A stretch of 64,000 nucleotides of DNA from Elusimicrobiota bacterium (GTDB taxonomy: Bacteria > Elusimicrobiota > Elusimicrobia > UBA1565 > JACRDR01): positions 32,001 through 96,000 of the forward strand of contig JBGFSC010000047.1 of assembly GCA_041694815.1 (NCBI GenBank), read 5' to 3'. Position numbers and translations under genes: made by a program. Below the pieces are notes generated by a model. The model searched no databases and was not told where the DNA came from. It saw only the letters and a list, made by a program, of their open reading frames with translations. Of this stretch, positions 55,394-64,000 are shown piece after piece (position 1 is the first letter of the stretch; every line of letters begins with the position of its first letter).

Positions 55394-56580
55394 CGGCCCC
55401 GTTCTCTTAAGAGGCGCAGGATGCGCTCCATTAGCCCGAAGGCGACGAGCTCGACGCCCACTAGGGCGAGCAGGCTCCCGACCAGAGGGAACACCCATTG
55501 GTCGATGGGAATCTGGCCCGTGGCCCAATAGGAGGCGAGTATCCCCCGATTGAGCCACAGCGAGGCGGCAAGGAACAAAAAGCCCCACCAGAGGAAATGG
55601 CGGGCGATGGCCGCCTCCGCCCATCGCTGCCAGGAGGTGACCCGATCGTCGCGGTTGAGCATCGAAACCATGGACTGGGCCACGGCACCCAGCGAGGCGA
55701 GGAAGGCGGCCGTCGAAAACAGCAGCACGACGAAGATGATGCGGAACAGCATCCATTCCTCGATGCGGCGGTGACGCAAGTAATGGAACAGTGGGGCCTC
55801 GGGAGCCCCCCAGCGGCTGGCCAGGGCCCAGAGCCCCGCCCCGGCCGCGAGCATCGCCCCTACTCCGAAGAAGAATAGGGGACGGAAAGTGATCGCCGTA
55901 TCGAGGATCACCTCCAGGAAGCGGAGCCCGTCGCGCGCGACGCTCAGCTTGGAGCGCCCGACACGCTCCTCATAGGGCATCGGGATCTCGCCGGTTTTAA
56001 GCCCTGGCTCCAGGGCCGCGCGCACGCTCATGGCCGGGGTGAAATTAAGCCCATCGGGCAGAGGCTCCAGCTTGGCCAAGGCCGAGCGCTTGAGCACCCG
56101 CATGCCGCTGGCGACGTCGGCCAGATGCGATCCGGAGATCAGATTGACCAACGCCCGGAAGCACCAGTTGCCCAACCTCCGAACGGCCGGCATCTTGCTG
56201 GCGCCGTGCATGCGCGAGCCGACGGCGATGTCGAGCCCCCGTTCGTTGGCCAGCTTCAGCAGTTCGGCGAAAAATTGTGGGTCGCAGGTGCCGTCGGCGT
56301 CCAAAAACCCCAGCCACTCGCCCTCGGCCTGCCCAAAGCCGGTCTTAATGGCGGCTCCGTAGCCCAGGTTGCGGGGGTGAGTGATCACCCGCACTTCGGG
56401 AAACCGCCGGGCGAGCTCCCCCGTCGAGTCCCTGGAACCGTCGTCGACCACGATGAGCTCCACCCGCTCGATCCCGAGCCCTCCTGATTCGATGCGGCGC
56501 GCCGCCTCAAGCCCGCGGCGGAGTATGGCTTCGATCGCACGCTCCTCGTTGTAGGCCGGGATGACGATGGAAAAGTTCAT
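55390..56580 (-). CDS. GT2 glycosyltransferase with C-terminal TM domain
   Basis: VIPAYNEE, VDDGSRD, NLGYG, DADG, ERVGRSKL; four TM helices. Confidence 0.9.
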   Translation of the reverse strand: MNFSIVIPAYNEERAIEAILRRGLEAARRIESGGLGIERVELIVVDDGSRDSTGELARRFPEVRVITHPRNLGYGAAIKTGFGQAEGEWLGFLDADGTCDPQFFAELLKLANERGLDIAVGSRMHGASKMPAVRRLGNWCFRALVNLISGSHLADVASGMRVLKRSALAKLEPLPDGLNFTPAMSVRAALEPGLKTGEIPMPYEERVGRSKLSVARDGLRFLEVILDTAITFRPLFFFGVGAMLAAGAGLWALASRWGAPEAPLFHYLRHRRIEEWMLFRIIFVVLLFSTAAFLASLGAVAQSMVSMLNRDDRVTSWQRWAEAAIARHFLWWGFLFLAASLWLNRGILASYWATGQIPIDQWVFPLVGSLLALVGVELVAFGLMERILRLLRERGR

Positions 56581-56616
56581 GTCAAAAAAAAGCTATATTG
56601 AGTATAGCGAAAAAAG
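56581..56616. promoter_or_regulatory. Divergent promoter region with GCTATA-N5-TATAGC palindrome
   Basis: 36 bp AT-rich gap; TATATT (plus) and TATACT (minus) -10-like hexamers flanked by A-tracts. Confidence 0.55.
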
Positions 56617-57030
56617 ATGGCGGATTCTTTCGACGACCCTTCCACCTGGCCTAAGGAGCCCTTGGTCGCGCTGGAGCCGGCGCTCGCCGACGCGCGGGGA
56701 AGCATACAGCCTATCCTAGAGCGGTTCATGCAGAGCGCCTTGCTTATCCATTCTAAAAAGGGGGCCCTGCGCGCGAACCACTATCATAAGACGGACTGGC
56801 ATTACTGCTACGTGCTTTCCGGAGCCATCCATTATTATCATCGCCCTCGAGGGAGCGCCCGGGCGCCGGAGCTGCTGCTCGTCAAGGCCGGCCAGATGGT
56901 ATTCACGCCGCCCATGATTGAACACGCGATGAAGTTCCACGAGGAAACATCCTTCTTGACGCTTTCCAGGAACCCGCGGGACCAGCGGGCCTACGAGGAG
57001 GACGTCGTCCGGGTCGCGCTCATCGAGTAA
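56617..57030 (+). CDS. Cupin-fold sugar isomerase/epimerase (FdtA/RmlC-like)
   Basis: DARG, RANHYHK, YVLSG, PPMIEHA. Confidence 0.75.
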   Translation: MADSFDDPSTWPKEPLVALEPALADARGSIQPILERFMQSALLIHSKKGALRANHYHKTDWHYCYVLSGAIHYYHRPRGSARAPELLLVKAGQMVFTPPMIEHAMKFHEETSFLTLSRNPRDQRAYEEDVVRVALIE

Positions 57031-58263
57031 ATGACCCGACGCTCCGACTGCCGGCTCTGCGGCTCCAAGCGCCTCGAGCTGCTCTTCTCCTTGACCCCCA
57101 CCCCCCCGGCCAACGCCTTCGTCTCCGAATCCTCGTTGGCGGAGAGACAGGAAACCTTCCCGTTGGACGTATTCTTTTGCGGGGAGTGTACCCACCTGCA
57201 ACTCCTGGACGTGATCGACCCCGCCCTTCTCTTCAAGGACTACGTTTACGTGTCCGGAACCTCCCCGGTTTTCGTGGAGCATTTCAAGAAATACGCCGAG
57301 TCCATGACCCGGGATTTCTCCTTGCGAGCCGGCGAACTCGCGGTCGATGTCGGCTCCAATGACGGCACCTTGCTGCGTTTTTTCAAGGAGGCGGGGCTGA
57401 AAGTCCTTGGGATCGACCCTGCCCTCGAGATCGCGCGCCGCGCCTCGGAATCGGGAATCGAGACGCTTCCAGCCTTCTTCGATCGAGGGCTGGCCCTGCG
57501 CATACGACAGGAGCGCGGTCCGGCGAGTATCGTCACGGCCAACAACGTATTCGCGCATGCCGACGACTTGTCCGGCTTCCTCGACGCGGTGTTCCAACTG
57601 CTGTCCCCCGACGGAGTCTTCGTATTCGAAGTCTCCTACCTGGCCGACGTGTACGAACAGACGCTCTTCGACACCATCTACCACGAGCATCTCGCCTACC
57701 ATGCCGTCAGGCCGCTCGTCCGGTTTTTTCGCGAGCGCGGTATGGAACTCATCCGCGCCGCGCGGGTGCCCAGCCACGGCGGCTCCCTGCGCGCCATCGC
57801 CGCGTGCCGTGGCGGCCCCTGGAAAGCGGACGGCTCGGTGGAGAAGCTGCTGGAGCTCGAATCGAGCCTGGGACTGGAGCGCGCGGAAACCTACCGGGAG
57901 TTCGCGCGCAAGATCGACGCCGTCAAGGCCGAGCTACAGGAGCTGCTGCGGGAATTCAAAGGGCGGGGCAAACGCATCGCCGGCTTCGGCGCTCCCGCCA
58001 AGATGACCACCTTGACTTACCATTTCGCGCTCGGCCCCGAGTTCCTCGATTTCGTCGTCGACGACAGCCCGCTCAAGCAGGGGCTCTACACCCCGGGCCA
58101 TCATATCCCGGTGCTTCCCGCCTCCGCCATTTACGAGCGCCGGCCCGATTGCCTGCTGATCCTGGCCTGGAACTTCGCGGAGCCGATCATGCGCAAGCAC
58201 TCCGCCTACCGCGAGTCGGGCGGACGCTTCATCGTCCCCCTGCCCCAGCCGAGGGTCCATTGA
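57031..58263 (+). CDS. NDP-sugar C-methyltransferase family (TylCIII/TcaB9-like)
   Basis: CRLC...CGEC Zn site, DVGSNDG, NVFAH, DTIYHEH, HGGSLR, GAPAK, LAWNF. Confidence 0.88.
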   Translation: MTRRSDCRLCGSKRLELLFSLTPTPPANAFVSESSLAERQETFPLDVFFCGECTHLQLLDVIDPALLFKDYVYVSGTSPVFVEHFKKYAESMTRDFSLRAGELAVDVGSNDGTLLRFFKEAGLKVLGIDPALEIARRASESGIETLPAFFDRGLALRIRQERGPASIVTANNVFAHADDLSGFLDAVFQLLSPDGVFVFEVSYLADVYEQTLFDTIYHEHLAYHAVRPLVRFFRERGMELIRAARVPSHGGSLRAIAACRGGPWKADGSVEKLLELESSLGLERAETYREFARKIDAVKAELQELLREFKGRGKRIAGFGAPAKMTTLTYHFALGPEFLDFVVDDSPLKQGLYTPGHHIPVLPASAIYERRPDCLLILAWNFAEPIMRKHSAYRESGGRFIVPLPQPRVH

Positions 58264-59318
58264 AGGCTCCGCTGCTCTCGGACCTGGCGGAAATCGACCA
58301 GGAGCTCAAGGGGCTCTCGAGCGCCTTCTCCGGGAAGCTCGTGTTCCTTTTCGGCGGCTGCGGATTCCTTGGCCATACCATGACGAATTTCTTCCGCTAC
58401 TTGAACGAGCGCCGCCTCCGTAAGCCCTGCCGCCTGCTCGTTATGGACAGCCTGATCACGGGGAGCGCCGGAGTCCCCGTCCCCAAGTTCCCCCACTGCC
58501 GGTTCATCCGCCAGAACATCACAGAGCCGATCCGCATCCGCGAGAAGCCCGACTACATCATCCACATGGCGGGTATCGCCAGCCCCTATTATTACCGCGC
58601 CTTCCCCCTGGAAACGCTCGACGTCGCCGTCTTGGGCACGCGCAATCTACTGGAGATCGCGCGCAGGCACCGCTCTCGCCTCGTCTTTTTTAGCTCGAGC
58701 GAGATTTACGGCGATCCGGACCCCTCCCATGTGCCCACCGCCGAAAGCTATCGCGGCAACGTCGCCAGCCTGGGGCCCCGGGCCTGCTACGACGAGTCGA
58801 AGCGGCTGGGGGAGACGCTCTGCTGGATCTACCACGAGAAATTCGGCGCCCCGGCCGTGATCGTGCGCCCATTCAACGTGTACGGCCCCGGGATGAAGGA
58901 AAACGACTACCGGGTCCTTCCAAACTTCGCCAGCCGCATCCAGGCCGGGCTGCCCTTGAGCGTCTACGGCTCTGGCCGCCAGACGCGCACATTCTGCTAC
59001 GCCACGGACGCGATCGCCGGCTTTCTCCGCGCTTTACTGGGAGGCAACCCCGGTGAGGCCTACAACATTGGCAATCCCGTCCCCGAGATCTCCATGTCGG
59101 ATCTCGTCAAGCTCTGCGGCAAGGTGCTGGGCCGCCCGGTCCCGCACCGCCGCATCGAGTACCCGGACAGCTATCCCGCCGACGAGCCCCAGCGGCGCTG
59201 CCCGGATATCACCAAGGCCCGGCTGCAATTGGGCTATCGCCCCCGCGTCCATCTGGAGGAGGGCCTGCGCCGGTTTTTCGCCTGGACGTCCCAAAACTAC
59301 GCCGGCGCCCAGCAATAA
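58260..59318 (+). CDS. UDP-glucuronate decarboxylase-like SDR
   Basis: GGCGFLG, GIASP, SSSEIYGDP, RACYDESKR, QTRTFCY, DEPQRRCPDI. TTGA overlap sets the start. Confidence 0.85.
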   Translation: MKAPLLSDLAEIDQELKGLSSAFSGKLVFLFGGCGFLGHTMTNFFRYLNERRLRKPCRLLVMDSLITGSAGVPVPKFPHCRFIRQNITEPIRIREKPDYIIHMAGIASPYYYRAFPLETLDVAVLGTRNLLEIARRHRSRLVFFSSSEIYGDPDPSHVPTAESYRGNVASLGPRACYDESKRLGETLCWIYHEKFGAPAVIVRPFNVYGPGMKENDYRVLPNFASRIQAGLPLSVYGSGRQTRTFCYATDAIAGFLRALLGGNPGEAYNIGNPVPEISMSDLVKLCGKVLGRPVPHRRIEYPDSYPADEPQRRCPDITKARLQLGYRPRVHLEEGLRRFFAWTSQNYAGAQQ

Positions 59319-60245
59319 ATGGCGGCGCTTCGCGTCGGCCTCATCGGCGTCGGCGCCTGGGGGCGCAAGATACTCGACACCGCCAAGGCGCTCTCGGTAG
59401 TGGAGGTCCGGAGAGCCGCCAGCCGCGACCCTGGCGCCGCGGGGCTACTGCCCGAAGGTCGTGTCTCGAAGGACTGGCGCGAGCTGACGCGGGACCCCGA
59501 CGTGGACGCGATCATCGTCGCGGCGGCCTCTCCCCTGCATTATGAGATGACGCGGGCCGCGCTTTCCTCCGGCCGCCACGTTTTCGTCGAAAAGCCGCTG
59601 ACGCTAGACGCCGCCCAGGCCGATGAGCTCTGCGAGCTGGCCGAAAAGAAAAGGCTCGTCGGGTTGGTGGACCATGTCCATCTCTTCAACCCGGCCTTCC
59701 AAGCCCTGCGGCACGCGGCTACCGCCTTAAGCAAGCCGCGCTCGATCGAATCCTCGGCGGGAAACTGGGGGCCTTTCAGGCCGGACACCCCGCCCCTATG
59801 GGATTGGGGGCCGCACGACATCGCCATGTGCCTAGATATCCAGGGAAAGGCCCCCCTGGGAGTCTCGGCGTTCCTGGAGCAATCCCGTAAGGAAGGAGAT
59901 GGGCTGGGGCAAATCATGCGCCTGAGGCTCCGCTTCGACCGTCTGGACGCCGATATACGAGTGGGCAATCTACTCGAGCGCCGGCAGAGACGCTTCGAAC
60001 TCAAGGGCGAAAAAGAGGCGCTGATCTTCGACGACTCAAGCGGCATTCCCCTTCAGCGCCGGCGCGCGGACGGGGGGCTGGAGGCGATCGAGGCGCCGCG
60101 GACCCCCCCGCTGCGCTGCGCGCTCGAGGCCTTCGCCTCGGCCGTCGCCTCCGGGCGGGCGGAACGCTCGGATCTGCGGCTCGGCGCCGAGGTGGTGCGC
60201 GTCCTCGCCCAATGCGAACGGCAGCTACGGGGAAGCTCCGCATGA
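59319..60245 (+). CDS. Gfo/Idh/MocA-family oxidoreductase
   Basis: GVGAWG, HVFVEKP, FNP, WDWGPHD. Confidence 0.88.
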   Translation: MAALRVGLIGVGAWGRKILDTAKALSVVEVRRAASRDPGAAGLLPEGRVSKDWRELTRDPDVDAIIVAAASPLHYEMTRAALSSGRHVFVEKPLTLDAAQADELCELAEKKRLVGLVDHVHLFNPAFQALRHAATALSKPRSIESSAGNWGPFRPDTPPLWDWGPHDIAMCLDIQGKAPLGVSAFLEQSRKEGDGLGQIMRLRLRFDRLDADIRVGNLLERRQRRFELKGEKEALIFDDSSGIPLQRRRADGGLEAIEAPRTPPLRCALEAFASAVASGRAERSDLRLGAEVVRVLAQCERQLRGSSA

Positions 60246-61237
60246 CGGCGCGGGTCTCCGTCGTCATCGATAATTACAACTACGGACGCTACCTGGGGGA
60301 GGCGGTGGAGAGCGTACTGGCCCAGGACTTCGCAGGCGGGATCGAATGCATCGTCGTCGACGATGGTTCTACCGACGAGTCGCGTCGGGTGATCTCGGGC
60401 TTCGGGGAGCGCGTGCGCGCCATCCTTCAGGAAAACCAAGGGCAAGCCTCGGCCTTCAACGCTGGCTTCGCAGCGGCGACGGCCCCCATCGTCTGCCTGC
60501 TCGATTCCGACGACTATTGGAGCCCGGACAAGCTCAAAAAGATAGTCCCGCTTTTCGATGATCCCCAGGTCGGTGTCGCCCAGCATCTGCTCCAGGACGT
60601 CGACGCCGTCGGCCGACCCCTGCCGCAGCATCGGCCCGATTGGCCCGACCGCTACACGCTCGAGGATTTTCTCGACCGGCGCGTCGAGTTCACGGCCACC
60701 AGCGGCCTCGCCTTCCGGAGGTCGGCGTTGAGTCGCGCTCTGCCCATTCCCCGCGACGTCTTCTATTACCTCGACGACATGCTGGTCGTCAAATGCCTGC
60801 TCGACTCCAAGCTCGCCAACATCTGCGAGGTGCTGGGCTTCCACCGCATGCATGAGAGCAATTTCTGCGCCGGGGGATATCAATTCGACGACCCCAAGCG
60901 CCTGGAGCTCGACCTGCGCATGCGCGCCATCTTCAACCGCGAGATCGACCCACTGCTCGAGCGGCGCGGCCTGCGCAAGACCGCGCGCTATGGCGCGGAG
61001 GAGGAGCTGGAATTGATGCGCCGGCGCCTGCTCCTGCACATGCATCGCGGAGAGCGCCTCCAGGCGCTGGGCGAGTGGCTGCGCATGTTCGGCAAATACG
61101 GGACACGCCGCTTCGGGGCCTTCCGCTGTCTGACTTGCGCGCTGGCCCTCCTGTCGCCGGCCCTATATCTACGCTTTTACAGGTACTACAGCGCCGGCGT
61201 TCTCCCGCGCCTGCGCTCGAGGCTGTTTCCAAGCTGA
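60242..61237 (+). CDS. Soluble GT2 glycosyltransferase
   Basis: VIDNYNY, VDDGSTD, NQGQASAFN, LDSDD, RMHESN. Confidence 0.9.
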   Translation: MTARVSVVIDNYNYGRYLGEAVESVLAQDFAGGIECIVVDDGSTDESRRVISGFGERVRAILQENQGQASAFNAGFAAATAPIVCLLDSDDYWSPDKLKKIVPLFDDPQVGVAQHLLQDVDAVGRPLPQHRPDWPDRYTLEDFLDRRVEFTATSGLAFRRSALSRALPIPRDVFYYLDDMLVVKCLLDSKLANICEVLGFHRMHESNFCAGGYQFDDPKRLELDLRMRAIFNREIDPLLERRGLRKTARYGAEEELELMRRRLLLHMHRGERLQALGEWLRMFGKYGTRRFGAFRCLTCALALLSPALYLRFYRYYSAGVLPRLRSRLFPS

Positions 61238-62763
61238 TGGATCCGAAATCGCTGGGATCCCGCCTACTGTCGGCCCTCCAGCTCAATCTCTTCGTCCAGG
61301 CGGCGATCCTGGCCGTCAATCTCGTGGCGACCCCTATCATCGTCGGGCATCTGGGGGCCGACGGTTACGCCCTCTACACCTTGATGTTCACGATGATGAA
61401 TTATCTTAGCCTGCTCAATTTGGGCACCAGCCAGGCCGCCACCACCTTCACGGCGCAGCGTGGGCTCGGTGAAGGCTCCCCTGTGCCAGCGCTTATCAGG
61501 AGAAGCGCGCTATTGCAGCTCGGAGCGGCCGCGGCGGGCGGCCTCGCGCTCTACGTTTCCCGCGAATACCTCACGCGCCTATTCATCCAAGACAGTCCGC
61601 AGGCCCTGTTCGCCGCTCCGCGCGTCTTCGCCTGCGTCGCCGTCGCGGCTCCGCTGTACTTTCTCTCGACGCTCGGCAACAGCGTTCTCTATGGCCTCCA
61701 GCGTTTCTCCGCCTTCAACCTCTTTCTATTCTTCCAATCCGTGCTGGTCGCGATCGGGGCAGCCCTGCTTGCGCATTTCCGGTTGGGCGGCCTAAGGGAG
61801 ATCGCCCTGTGTTTTGTCGCGGCGCACGCGCTACTGGCGGCGGGCGTATTCGCGCCGCTGCGCAAGGCCCTCTCGATCTCCTCAGAACCACCTTCGCGGA
61901 TAGACACGAAGGCCTTCGTGCGCTTTTCCTTACAAGCACAGCTTACCACGCTGGCAGTCCTGCTCATATCTCAAGGAGATCGTTTCTTCGTGGCTTCGCT
62001 GCTGCCTCTGGCGCAGGTGGGCTATTACGCGGTTTCCTCCTCGCTGGCTCAGAAATTCAATCAATTCTGCGTGGCAGTCGCGGCCATGGCCTTTCCCTTA
62101 TTCGCGGAACTGCATGGATCGGGCCAGCAGGAGCGCCTTCGCCGCTTTTATTTGAAAACAATGGAACTCATGCTCTTCATCAATCTCCCGCTGAGTATCC
62201 TCTCGTTCGTCTTAATCCCGCAGTTCATGACGCTGTGGCTGGGCCAGGACTTCAGTCTGGCCAGCACCTGGCCATTCCGCGTACTGCTCTTCGCCAACCT
62301 GGGCTATCTCGTATCCTTCATGCCGATGCAATTGGCGACGAGCAAGGGCCACCCTCATCTCTTCGCGGTCTTTCAGGCGGTCAAGGCCGCCCTGGTCCTA
62401 CTGCTCTGGACGGCGCTCATCGCGGACTGGGGCATCCTGGGAGCCGCGGCAGGGCTCTTTATCGGTGAGATGATTGTTACGCCGGTTTTCGTGGGCTATA
62501 TCCATCGCCGCCTCCTCGGAGTCAGCTGGAAGGAATTCTGGACCCAGGCCTGCTATCGGCCCGCGACGGCGGCCGTCGGCTTGGCCGCAATCGGCCTTGC
62601 GACGCATGGGCGCGTGGGCAGCTGGGGGGAGATGATCGCGTTCGCGGCGGCGGGGCTAGCGGCCTATTTCGTGGTAGGTTACCGCCTTCTGGATTCCGAG
62701 GCCAAGACGCTGCTCAAGGAATGGCTGCGCGTGCGCCTACGCCTAGGCACGACGGGCGGCTAG
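61237..62763 (+). CDS. Wzx/MOP-family polysaccharide flippase
   Basis: TP...LG.DGYALY, GLQRF, QGDRF..VGYYA, FPLF, LWLG; 12 or more TM segments. Confidence 0.88.
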   Translation: MDPKSLGSRLLSALQLNLFVQAAILAVNLVATPIIVGHLGADGYALYTLMFTMMNYLSLLNLGTSQAATTFTAQRGLGEGSPVPALIRRSALLQLGAAAAGGLALYVSREYLTRLFIQDSPQALFAAPRVFACVAVAAPLYFLSTLGNSVLYGLQRFSAFNLFLFFQSVLVAIGAALLAHFRLGGLREIALCFVAAHALLAAGVFAPLRKALSISSEPPSRIDTKAFVRFSLQAQLTTLAVLLISQGDRFFVASLLPLAQVGYYAVSSSLAQKFNQFCVAVAAMAFPLFAELHGSGQQERLRRFYLKTMELMLFINLPLSILSFVLIPQFMTLWLGQDFSLASTWPFRVLLFANLGYLVSFMPMQLATSKGHPHLFAVFQAVKAALVLLLWTALIADWGILGAAAGLFIGEMIVTPVFVGYIHRRLLGVSWKEFWTQACYRPATAAVGLAAIGLATHGRVGSWGEMIAFAAAGLAAYFVVGYRLLDSEAKTLLKEWLRVRLRLGTTGG

Positions 62764-63768
62764 AAACAAAGTGCCACCCTGGCGCATCGGCATGCAGCAT
62801 GGGATGAGAAGATAGGCGGGCAGCAATATCGGGACCATCATCCAGCCGAAACCGTCGCGAAGATACATCTCTAGCTTGCGGCGGCTCCTCTTGTCGGACA
62901 AGGCGGCGCCGACCGAGCCGGCGCTTGGCGCGGTTTCCTTATATAGATCGGTCAGCGTCTTGTCGGCTCTCGCCCGGCCGCCGAAGAGCAGCCATTTGGC
63001 AGCCGGCATCAGGGCCGCGAATAGCTTGTAGAAGAGCTGGTCGGAGACGACCCTCGCCGTGAACGGGCTAGGTCGCAGCTCCAGGATCTCGAAACCCGCG
63101 CGCCGGACGGCGCCCTCCAGCGCCGCCGCGCTCCAGCGCGTGATGTGGTTCGGTGGAAAATCGTAGTTCTCCCTCGGGGCGAAGCGCAGCCTTTCCGCGT
63201 TCGGCACGGTCACGACCAGCGTTCCCCCCGGCTTGAGCAGCGAAAATATCGCCGAAAGCGATTTAGCCGGTTCGGCGAGATGCTCGAGCACGTCGAACAC
63301 CGTGACCACGTCGTATGCCTTGCCTCCCGCGCGAGCGTACTCCTCGAGCGGGGCGATCTCCACCGCGTAAGGCCCGCGGAGCCTGGCCGCCATCTCCGGG
63401 TTGAACTCCAGGCCGGTCAAGGAGCCGCCCCAACCCATGCGAGCGATGAGCTCCATGAAGCGGCCGTCGCCGCTGCCGACGTCCAAGAGATCGCCTTGGA
63501 GGCCGAGGCGCCTGGTGATAGAGTTGAAATGGGCGAAGCGCCAGTCGGACTCGGCCGGCGGGCGCATCAGGTATTCCTCCTCGCCGTAGAGGTAGCTCGC
63601 CTTCGCGTACCATTCCCTCAACGGGAATCCCTCGGGAAGCAGCGTGAAGTCAACCCCGCAGGAGGCGCAGCGGAATATCTCGAAGCCCCTGCCGAACACC
63701 GGCTCGCGGTAATGCTCCAACGGTGGGTCCTGCGCGGGGACGCCGCAGGCGACGCAGGCGGGCTTCAC
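62743..63768 (-). CDS. Class I SAM methyltransferase with N-terminal Zn ribbon
   Basis: CVAC...CASC, LDVGSGDG, FDVLEHL, LKPGG, VPN, PPNH. Confidence 0.88.
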   Translation of the reverse strand: MKPACVACGVPAQDPPLEHYREPVFGRGFEIFRCASCGVDFTLLPEGFPLREWYAKASYLYGEEEYLMRPPAESDWRFAHFNSITRRLGLQGDLLDVGSGDGRFMELIARMGWGGSLTGLEFNPEMAARLRGPYAVEIAPLEEYARAGGKAYDVVTVFDVLEHLAEPAKSLSAIFSLLKPGGTLVVTVPNAERLRFAPRENYDFPPNHITRWSAAALEGAVRRAGFEILELRPSPFTARVVSDQLFYKLFAALMPAAKWLLFGGRARADKTLTDLYKETAPSAGSVGAALSDKRSRRKLEMYLRDGFGWMMVPILLPAYLLIPCCMPMRQGGTLFLAARRA

Positions 63769-63998
63769 CGCTTCGGCTCGGCGACGATCCTGCGCCGCAG
63801 CTTGTGCTTCAATATCTCCTTGAGGAAATCGACGGCGGGCTCGCCGAACTTGCGTCGCAGCAGCGCCTGGTACGGCGGGTGGTTCGAATAAGTGACGAAG
63901 GCCTCGTCCCGGAAGCGCAGCACCTCGGCGGGAGAAAGGGAGTCGGTCCCCATGGGCAGGGCGTTCTCGGAATACTGCCCGTAGCCGTCCCAGTCCTC
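63765..63998 (-). CDS. C-terminus of a probable B12-binding radical SAM protein (runs off window)
   Basis: EDWDGYGQYSENALPM...LSPAEVLRFRDEAF..Y resembles the C-terminal tail of glycan-locus cobalamin radical SAM proteins. Catalytic motifs lie outside the window. Confidence 0.55.
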   Translation of the reverse strand, partial: EDWDGYGQYSENALPMGTDSLSPAEVLRFRDEAFVTYSNHPPYQALLRRKFGEPAVDFLKEILKHKLRRRIVAEPKR

Positions 63999-64000
63999 CG

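Noticed and set aside
1..64000. CRISPR array, tRNA, rRNA, integrase or transposase
   Set aside because: None recognised. Intergenic space is minimal and has no spaced direct repeats.

Overview
GC-rich bacterial window, nearly fully coding, dominated by a roughly 58 kb surface-glycan biosynthesis and decoration region. Lineage is inferred only: the T9SS-like cargo/PorV-like pair and the many GT-C proteins resemble Elusimicrobiota. Left end: TolC-patatin-TPR-dapF-dapA operon, then an AT-rich patch with an XRE regulator, twin palindromes and a tiny hydrophobic ORF. The glycan region holds eight GT-C-like multipass membrane proteins, six GT2s, a WecA/MraY-type enzyme, a flippase, two flavin mutase-like enzymes and two sets of GDP-heptose genes. 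It also has a GDP-heptose tailoring cassette (C4-dehydrogenase, 4,6-dehydratase, His-type PLP C3-dehydratase, stand-alone ThDP E1 alpha/beta, three SDRs), a carbamoyltransferase, radical SAM enzymes and several methyltransferases. Embedded in it are a Rieske oxygenase with reversed domain order, a 267 bp MITE-like element, four tandem secreted trypsin-like proteases, a T9SS-like cargo plus PorV-like barrel, an exported TldD/TldE pair and a 160 bp scar of a collapsed rfbF-type sugar operon. All product calls come from motif recognition by eye; no database searches were run. No rRNA, tRNA, CRISPR array or transposase was seen.
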